64,000 nucleotides of DNA, taken from positions 1 through 64,000 of IMG/VR virus record IMGVR_UViG_3300027763_002006; one strand, written 5' to 3'. Source of the stretch: a virus. The translations under genes were made by a program, and so were the position numbers. Under the pieces are notes generated by a model. That model had not been told where the DNA came from and did no database searches. It saw only the letters and a list, made by a program, of their open reading frames with translations. Each line of letters begins with the position of its first letter. Within the stretch, counting starts at the first letter, position 1. This document shows, one piece after another, positions 58,143-64,000 of this stretch.

Positions 58143-59554
58143 CCTATGCTTCCTTCCATGGTTACTGCTAGTAATTTATTCGCTTCCGCCGCAAATTCTA
58201 AAGGCAATGTGTTTAATACACTACGGCAAAAGCCGTTGACAATGGCACTTGCTGCCTGCTCAGGATCTAATCCTCTAGTGGCTAGATAATATAATTCTTC
58301 ATCACTTACTCTGCCTGTTGTTGCTTCATGCTCAATTTGCGCCGAATCGTTTCTGCAATCTGTGTAAGGAACAGTATTGCTACGACTGTTGTCGCCAATC
58401 ATCAAACTATCGCATTGCGTGTAGTTACGAGCATTTTTAGCACCTGGATTCATTCGCACAAGTCCACGATAAGTCATGGTGCTGTTACCTATGCTAATAC
58501 CTTTGCTGATAATTTTACTGCGAGTATTAGCACCGATGTGAATCATTTTTGTACCAGTGTCAGCTTGTTGATGACCTTTGGTAACGGCCACTGAGTAAAA
58601 CTCTCCGGTACTCCCTTCCCCTTGCAGTATGCAACTTGGGTACTTCCAGGTAATGGCTGATCCTGTTTCCACCTGAGTCCAACTAACTCTACTTTTAACT
58701 CCACGACAGTGGGCACGTTTTGTGACAAAGTTGTAAACGCCACCGACCCCGTGTTCGTTGCCTGGGTACCAATTTTGTACAGTTGAATATTTAATCTCTG
58801 CCCTATCAAGGGTAATAAGTTCGACGACTGCGGCATGTAACTGATTCTCGTCACGTTGGGGTGCTGTACATCCTTCCAAGTAAGATACATAACTATCCTT
58901 GTCTGCTATAATTAAGGTGCGTTCGAACTGACCGCTACCTGCACTATTAATTCTAAAATAAGTGCTTAACTCCAAAGGGCATCGTTTACCTTCTGGAATA
59001 TATACAAAACTGCCATCACTGAACACTGCGGAGTTGATACAGGCAAACCAATTGTCACCTTGAGGTACAACTGAGCCTAAATATTCTTTAACTAGTTCTG
59101 GATGATCTTGTACTGCTTCTGTAAAACTGCAAAAGATAATTCCTTCTTCTGCTAGTTTAGCTTTGTATGTTGTGCCAATACTGACACTGTCAAACACAGC
59201 ATCAACTGCTACACCTGCAAGTTTAGCACGTTCATGTAATGGGATACCTAGACGTTCAAAGTCATCTAAAATCTCCTGCGGGACTTCATCTAAACTTTTA
59301 AATTGTTTCTTAGGACGACTGTGATAGTAAATGTTATCATAGTCTGGGCGTGTGTATTTTAACTCGGCCCAATCTGGCTCCTTCATAGAACTAAGTTTAT
59401 CTAACGCACCGAGTCTAAACTCTAGTAGCCAATTAGGTTCATTGTTCTTAGCACTGATAAGTCTGACAGTGTTTTCATTCAAGCCTTTGCCTGTCAATTC
59501 ACTTTCGACATTAGTAGTAAACCCTGCGGTGTATTCTTGCTCTAATTCATTCAT
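58139..59554 (-). CDS. sufB: Fe-S cluster assembly protein SufB
   Basis: [39 protein letters not shown]. Confidence 0.96.
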   Translation of the reverse strand: MNELEQEYTAGFTTNVESELTGKGLNENTVRLISAKNNEPNWLLEFRLGALDKLSSMKEPDWAELKYTRPDYDNIYYHSRPKKQFKSLDEVPQEILDDFERLGIPLHERAKLAGVAVDAVFDSVSIGTTYKAKLAEEGIIFCSFTEAVQDHPELVKEYLGSVVPQGDNWFACINSAVFSDGSFVYIPEGKRCPLELSTYFRINSAGSGQFERTLIIADKDSYVSYLEGCTAPQRDENQLHAAVVELITLDRAEIKYSTVQNWYPGNEHGVGGVYNFVTKRAHCRGVKSRVSWTQVETGSAITWKYPSCILQGEGSTGEFYSVAVTKGHQQADTGTKMIHIGANTRSKIISKGISIGNSTMTYRGLVRMNPGAKNARNYTQCDSLMIGDNSRSNTVPYTDCRNDSAQIEHEATTGRVSDEELYYLATRGLDPEQAASAIVNGFCRSVLNTLPLEFAAEANKLLAVTMEGSIG

Positions 59555-59754
59555 CGTTTTAATATATCGAACATGTTGCCATATTCGTATCGTGACCAAT
59601 CATCGTGATCAACATAGGTGTTGATTTTTCTGCGATAAATCCGCTTACCCCAAACACGTTCATTATCGACGGTGTAAACTGGATGCCAAGCAAACCAAAT
59701 CGTCCAAGGTGCCATTTTTATCTTTCTAGCAACATTGCCAATGGGATCAAACAT
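59551..59754 (-). CDS. Hypothetical protein
   Basis: WFAWHPV motif; coupled start and stop. Confidence 0.6.
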   Translation of the reverse strand: MFDPIGNVARKIKMAPWTIWFAWHPVYTVDNERVWGKRIYRRKINTYVDHDDWSRYEYGNMFDILKR

Positions 59755-60089
59755 TAACTCCACCGCAACATAAACATCATCTTTTCTTCTTTGCTACCAA
59801 ATTCCAGAATCATACCAGTATTATTAAATCGAATATTACTTTCTCTGCACCACTCTATCATATCTGATTCGTTGTCTACATAATACTCGTAGTCGGTGAT
59901 CAAAAGTATAGGCATATCCATGACACCTAATTTTGCATCTACAAATCTATAACCTTGTTCTTTCAACATTCTATGTGCCGTGTTAGCTGATTTGAGCACC
60001 TTAGCAACGCGGTCGCCCTGTGCTTCTTCTATCCATACTTCCCAACATAGCTTAGAACTGTTATAATGTGCAGTGGGATTACTTGACAT
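59754..60089 (-). CDS. Hypothetical protein
   Basis: Ends in the F.LRW phage small-protein motif. Confidence 0.6.
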   Translation of the reverse strand: MSSNPTAHYNSSKLCWEVWIEEAQGDRVAKVLKSANTAHRMLKEQGYRFVDAKLGVMDMPILLITDYEYYVDNESDMIEWCRESNIRFNNTGMILEFGSKEEKMMFMLRWS

Positions 60090-60330
60090 CGCCAAATTTT
60101 AATTTATATATCACTGCTTCTTCATCTTCAAACACTGCTGTAATATTATATTGATATCCATAATAGTAGTCAGCACCAGGAAGCATTTGGTGGTACGTCA
60201 AATCTTTTGCTTTCTCTTTAACATACTTACCATGATCGGTCTGTAACCAGTCGTGTGCAACTGCACCCAGATATATGTCCGGGTCTTCTACATCCCCTAC
60301 TCTCAGTGTCTTGACAACCAACTTGATCAT
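60079..60330 (-). CDS. Hypothetical protein
   Basis: GDVEDPDIY...W..T..G. Confidence 0.65.
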   Translation of the reverse strand: MIKLVVKTLRVGDVEDPDIYLGAVAHDWLQTDHGKYVKEKAKDLTYHQMLPGADYYYGYQYNITAVFEDEEAVIYKLKFGDVK

Positions 60331-60647
60331 TTAAAAATGATAAGTGCCATTATACATGCTTGAATAAAAAATCCAAAGCCAATTGTAACAATATTTAAAA
60401 TATCTTTGCTGATAGTTGCTTTAACAAAAAACAAAAACAATCCTGCCCAGGCTAATAATACCAAATCAACTGGTGGAGTCTTTTCAGTAAGCCCCGTTAA
60501 AATAGCAATTAACGTGGGAATGGTAGCCAAGTGTATAAGGATAACAGCCACCCATCCTAATGTTTCTGCACTAACAGTTACTAATTGTTCTTTCAGCGTT
60601 TTAGCTGAGTTATTTGTAAACTCGTTGATTTTTTCGATAAAGTTCAT
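60327..60647 (-). CDS. Membrane protein (3 TM)
   Basis: Hydrophobic helices; ATG 60647. Confidence 0.7.
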   Translation of the reverse strand: MNFIEKINEFTNNSAKTLKEQLVTVSAETLGWVAVILIHLATIPTLIAILTGLTEKTPPVDLVLLAWAGLFLFFVKATISKDILNIVTIGFGFFIQACIMALIIFK

Positions 60648-60658
60648 TTCAGTCTTTC

Positions 60659-61183
60659 TTACTTGTAAAATATATGATTGCCGATAGTGGCTACTTTTTC
60701 TTTCTTCCATCCCGGATTGATATATGTTCCGTGAAAGTAAAGAGCGTGTTTTAGACTGGGTAGTCTAAATTTTTCCAGTAAAACTTGTTTTGCAACAATC
60801 TCGCTTTCACGATAAGCGGCCATGTTTTTAGGTTTTCTTACATCGCCATTGCAGTACCAACTAAATTGGCACAGTCCCATGGCATTGTCTTTTTGGTAAA
60901 CAACTTTGCAGATATCACTGGGAAATTTTCCACTTTCAGCACGATTAATAGTAACCTGTGCCACTGCAACTTTACCTTCAAAAGGTTCGTGTCCTGCTTC
61001 GTAGTAAATGTTTCTAGTCAAACAGTCGAGTTGAGTATTGCGAACTTCGGCAGTGATCTCACTGGGATTTAAATTTTGGGCTGCTTTCAGTGACGTTACT
61101 TTGTAGTCATATGCATATCTTGCTACAAAAACTACCAGCATCAGTCCTACAAAAGTAGCAATGATTTTCATGATGCGTATCAT
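60659..61183 (-). CDS. SleB-like cell wall hydrolase (Hydrolase_2)
   Basis: CL..NIYYEA..E...GKVAVAQVTINR, CQFSW, IGNHIFY; N-terminal TM. Confidence 0.9.
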   Translation of the reverse strand: MIRIMKIIATFVGLMLVVFVARYAYDYKVTSLKAAQNLNPSEITAEVRNTQLDCLTRNIYYEAGHEPFEGKVAVAQVTINRAESGKFPSDICKVVYQKDNAMGLCQFSWYCNGDVRKPKNMAAYRESEIVAKQVLLEKFRLPSLKHALYFHGTYINPGWKKEKVATIGNHIFYK

Positions 61184-61239
61184 AAGTCTCCTCCTTTTAC
61201 GCGGTTAGTTAATTACGTACCTATTACGATACATTCGTT

Positions 61240-61268
61240 ATAATAGCACTTAATGGCTTAACTGTCAA
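61240..61268 (-). promoter_or_regulatory. Sigma70 promoter upstream of the sleB-SUF run
   Basis: TTGACA-17-TATTAT. Confidence 0.7.
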
Positions 61269-61277
61269 GTTAAATGG

Positions 61278-61583
61278 TTAAGTGTATGATTTTTTGGAAG
61301 GCATGCTGAAACCTTCTCCGGCGCCAAGAACACAGGCTGTTTCTTTGTTGAATTGGATTATAGTCCAAGTTTTGGTTTCTTGATTAACAAACAATGAATA
61401 GTTTGATGCTTTACTATCCTTTTCTGTGCCGAACCAAATGGGCGATTCTTCATAGTCTCGTCCTTTTAAAACTGAAATCATTGTTTCAGTTTTATCGCAG
61501 TAAACTTCTTTTTTTGTGGTTGCCAGTTGCGCCGATGCTGTAACAGCCACCATAGAAGTTAGAAAAATTAAAATATGTTTCAT
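61278..61583 (-). CDS. Secreted hypothetical protein
   Basis: Signal peptide MKHILIF...ASA; TATAAATA upstream. Confidence 0.65.
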   Translation of the reverse strand: MKHILIFLTSMVAVTASAQLATTKKEVYCDKTETMISVLKGRDYEESPIWFGTEKDSKASNYSLFVNQETKTWTIIQFNKETACVLGAGEGFSMPSKKSYT

Positions 61584-61702
61584 AATGTATTTATAAAATA
61601 AGTCAGTATAACCATTATACGCAATTAGTTTTAATAGTACTTTACTCGACCGCATATTGTTTTAAATACTAAAAAGCCATTAAATGGTATAGGAGTAATA
61701 TC

Positions 61703-62992
61703 ATGAAAAGAACACTTGTTACCTTTGCTTTGATAGCCATTGCAATTTCTGTATCAGCACAAACAACCAGTACATCAAGCACTGCTGGCGGTACAACCAC
61801 TGGTACCACTGGAGTTATTAATCAAGGCAGTTACGATTCAAAAACATTAGTTGACACTAATAGTACTAGTAACAGCGTTAGTACAGTGAACACTAATAAC
61901 AATAATACTGGTACAATTACCAATATTAATCAAACCACTGTTGGTAGTACCAGTACAAATACCAACAATAATAACAATGTTACCACTGGTACATTAACCA
62001 ATAACAACAACAACGTCAACAGTGGCACAATGACCAATAACAACAACAACGTCAACAGTGGCACAATGACTTATAACAATAACAACGTTAACACAGGTAC
62101 GATGACCAACAATAACAACAATGTATCTACAAGTACAAATACCAACAATAACATCAACACTGGTGACATGACTAATCGTAACATTAATACTAGCACATCG
62201 ACAAGTAACAACACCAATAGCAACACAAACTATAATTATGGTGATCAGACTGTTCGTAATATCAATTCTAATACAAGCACCAGTACAAATACAAATAACA
62301 ACATTAACACAGGTGACATGACTAATCGTAACATTAATACTAGCACTAGTACAAGTACAAATGCCAATACAAATACTAACGTTAACACAGGTGACATGAC
62401 TAATCGTAATATCCAAACTGGTGATATGACGAACAGAAATATCAACAATAGTACCAGTGCAAGTACAAGTAATAATACTAACACTAACATCAACAGTGGT
62501 ACAATGGTTAATCAAAACATTCAAAGCGGTGAGATGACTAATCGTAATATCAATGAAACAACCATAACTCAAAAGGTAATTCAACCTCCTCCAACTGCGG
62601 TTGCTCCTGCAATGATGAGTGGTGGTAATGCCGACTTATGTAGCACAGGTACTAGTGGTAGTGTACAAACACAGATCTTTGGTGTTGGTGCAGGTGGTGT
62701 TACTCGCGATTTAAATTGCGAACGTTTAAAATTATCTAAAACACTGTATGACATGGGTATGAAAGTTGCCGCTGTAGCTACTATGTGTCAAGACCGTAGA
62801 GTATTTGATGCTATGTTAGCCGCAGGTACTCCTTGCCCATATGAAGGCAAGATTGGTGAACAGGCCAAGGCAGCTTGGGAAGCAAATCCAGAAAAGTTAC
62901 CAAAACTTCAAGAGGAAAAAATAGATGAAACTTACAAGAAAGTTGGCATTGGCGCTTTGCTTGGCATTCTCGTTCACAACGCTTTCAAGTAA
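61703..62992 (+). CDS. Secreted Asn/Thr-rich repeat protein with Cys-rich C-terminal domain
   Basis: Signal peptide, TGDMTNRNI repeats, PPPTAVAP...CERLKL...TPCP; AGGAG RBS. Confidence 0.8.
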   Translation: MKRTLVTFALIAIAISVSAQTTSTSSTAGGTTTGTTGVINQGSYDSKTLVDTNSTSNSVSTVNTNNNNTGTITNINQTTVGSTSTNTNNNNNVTTGTLTNNNNNVNSGTMTNNNNNVNSGTMTYNNNNVNTGTMTNNNNNVSTSTNTNNNINTGDMTNRNINTSTSTSNNTNSNTNYNYGDQTVRNINSNTSTSTNTNNNINTGDMTNRNINTSTSTSTNANTNTNVNTGDMTNRNIQTGDMTNRNINNSTSASTSNNTNTNINSGTMVNQNIQSGEMTNRNINETTITQKVIQPPPTAVAPAMMSGGNADLCSTGTSGSVQTQIFGVGAGGVTRDLNCERLKLSKTLYDMGMKVAAVATMCQDRRVFDAMLAAGTPCPYEGKIGEQAKAAWEANPEKLPKLQEEKIDETYKKVGIGALLGILVHNAFK

Positions 62993-64000
62993 TGCTCAAA
63001 CAGATACCACTACAGGGAATCTAATTAATTCTACTGGCACAGCTACGGATACAACAAGTAAATGGAATAATGGGGTATATGTTAATTCATTGACTTGTTG
63101 GCAACCAGGTGGCCCTGGCAATTGTGGACCAAATCCTAATGTGCTACCCAACGGGCAGATTCATTTCTCGTATGGTCAAGTAGACTTAAATCAAGTCATT
63201 AACATTAATCGAGCCCTGGCCGCAGGCGGCACAGGATTACAACTCAGCGGATTCAATTTTGGTTTTACTGCTAAGAACGGCAACGGTTGGGACAATGGAC
63301 AACAAGACTATCTTGCCGCTTATGTAAAATTAAAAGATTCTGCTGGCAATCAAATTGCCAACTATGATTATAGTAGCCAAACAAATAGAAGATATAACTG
63401 GACTAACTTTAACTTCAGTGAAACATTTGCTACACCATATGTTGCTTCAGCACTGAGCACAGCGCAAGTGGGTTTCGTAGGACGCGACACTAATGGATGG
63501 GCAGGTCCTTATGGTCCGGAAATCTTCGGTGTTAGTTTTAGTTTAAAATATCGCATCGATCCTTGTGCCAATAACCCTGCATACAGTTCGAATTGTTCCG
63601 GGTTTAACAGCATAGTGACCAGCAACAATGTATTGCCTAATCCCGATGCTTGGGGCACTTCAATGAACCAAATGGTTGCTATTAATACTGCATTAAAAAA
63701 TGGCGGCTCGGGTGCAATGGTACACGGCTTTAACTATGGCTTTGATTATAATGTAGGGCAAAGTTGGTCGGGCTGTACTGCTACTAATCAAGATGGATCT
63801 TGTAGTTGGTACATGAACATTCCTGCCAGTGTAAATGCAACCGCACTATTGACTAATAGCAATAACCAAACAATAGTTTCAAAGAATCATAATTTAACAG
63901 GTGATGGCACCAGCGGATCAGTAAATGGTCAATACCTACTGCCCAGCAGTTTAAATCAGACTGCCCTTGGCAATCTAAGACTTTATGGTAATGCTTCAGG
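62925..64000 (+). CDS. Secreted protein, runs off the window end
   Basis: Translated by hand from ATG 62925 (MKLTRKLALALCLAFSFTTLSSNAQ); GAGG RBS; DPCANNPAYSSNC motif. Confidence 0.8.
   Translation, partial: MKLTRKLALALCLAFSFTTLSSNAQTDTTTGNLINSTGTATDTTSKWNNGVYVNSLTCWQPGGPGNCGPNPNVLPNGQIHFSYGQVDLNQVININRALAAGGTGLQLSGFNFGFTAKNGNGWDNGQQDYLAAYVKLKDSAGNQIANYDYSSQTNRRYNWTNFNFSETFATPYVASALSTAQVGFVGRDTNGWAGPYGPEIFGVSFSLKYRIDPCANNPAYSSNCSGFNSIVTSNNVLPNPDAWGTSMNQMVAINTALKNGGSGAMVHGFNYGFDYNVGQSWSGCTATNQDGSCSWYMNIPASVNATALLTNSNNQTIVSKNHNLTGDGTSGSVNGQYLLPSSLNQTALGNLRLYGNAS

Noticed and set aside
61900-62560. Repeats resembling a CRISPR array
   Set aside because: In-frame coding repeats with low-complexity spacers; no cas genes
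1-64000. Stop-codon reassignment, tRNA genes, introns or inteins
   Set aside because: Conserved genes are full length in code 11; no cloverleaf, intron core or intein motifs were recognised by eye (tRNAscan and cmscan not run)

Overview
This 64 kb window is part of a large, AT-rich, T4-like jumbo phage genome in the standard genetic code, almost entirely encoded on the minus strand. A Gram-negative, possibly betaproteobacterial, host is inferred from the spanins, a Bug/TctC protein and a phasin. From left to right it contains: (1) a family-B DNA polymerase, DsbA-like protein and Dps; (2) a 4.3-16.5 kb array of late genes whose products share a T4 capsid-targeting-like N-terminus and internal xxE linkers (nuclease-like, GNAT/ART-like, amidoligase, HxGH NTase, HNH, KxDG ligase-like and Pol-beta NTase proteins); (3) fibre genes, a repeat-flanked GNAT gene, and an independently promoted ~440 nt candidate structured ncRNA; (4) a sulfation/methylation/hydroxylation island with a candidate cis-regulatory RNA; (5) thermonuclease, phasin, UvsE, holin, collagen-like fibres, ClpA, spanins, IF-1, PhoH, clamp loader, GroES and a DnaE fragment; (6) a near-complete SUF Fe-S operon, SleB and secreted Asn/Thr-rich proteins. 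No tRNA, rRNA or CRISPR array was recognised. All functional calls come from motif reading, not database searches.
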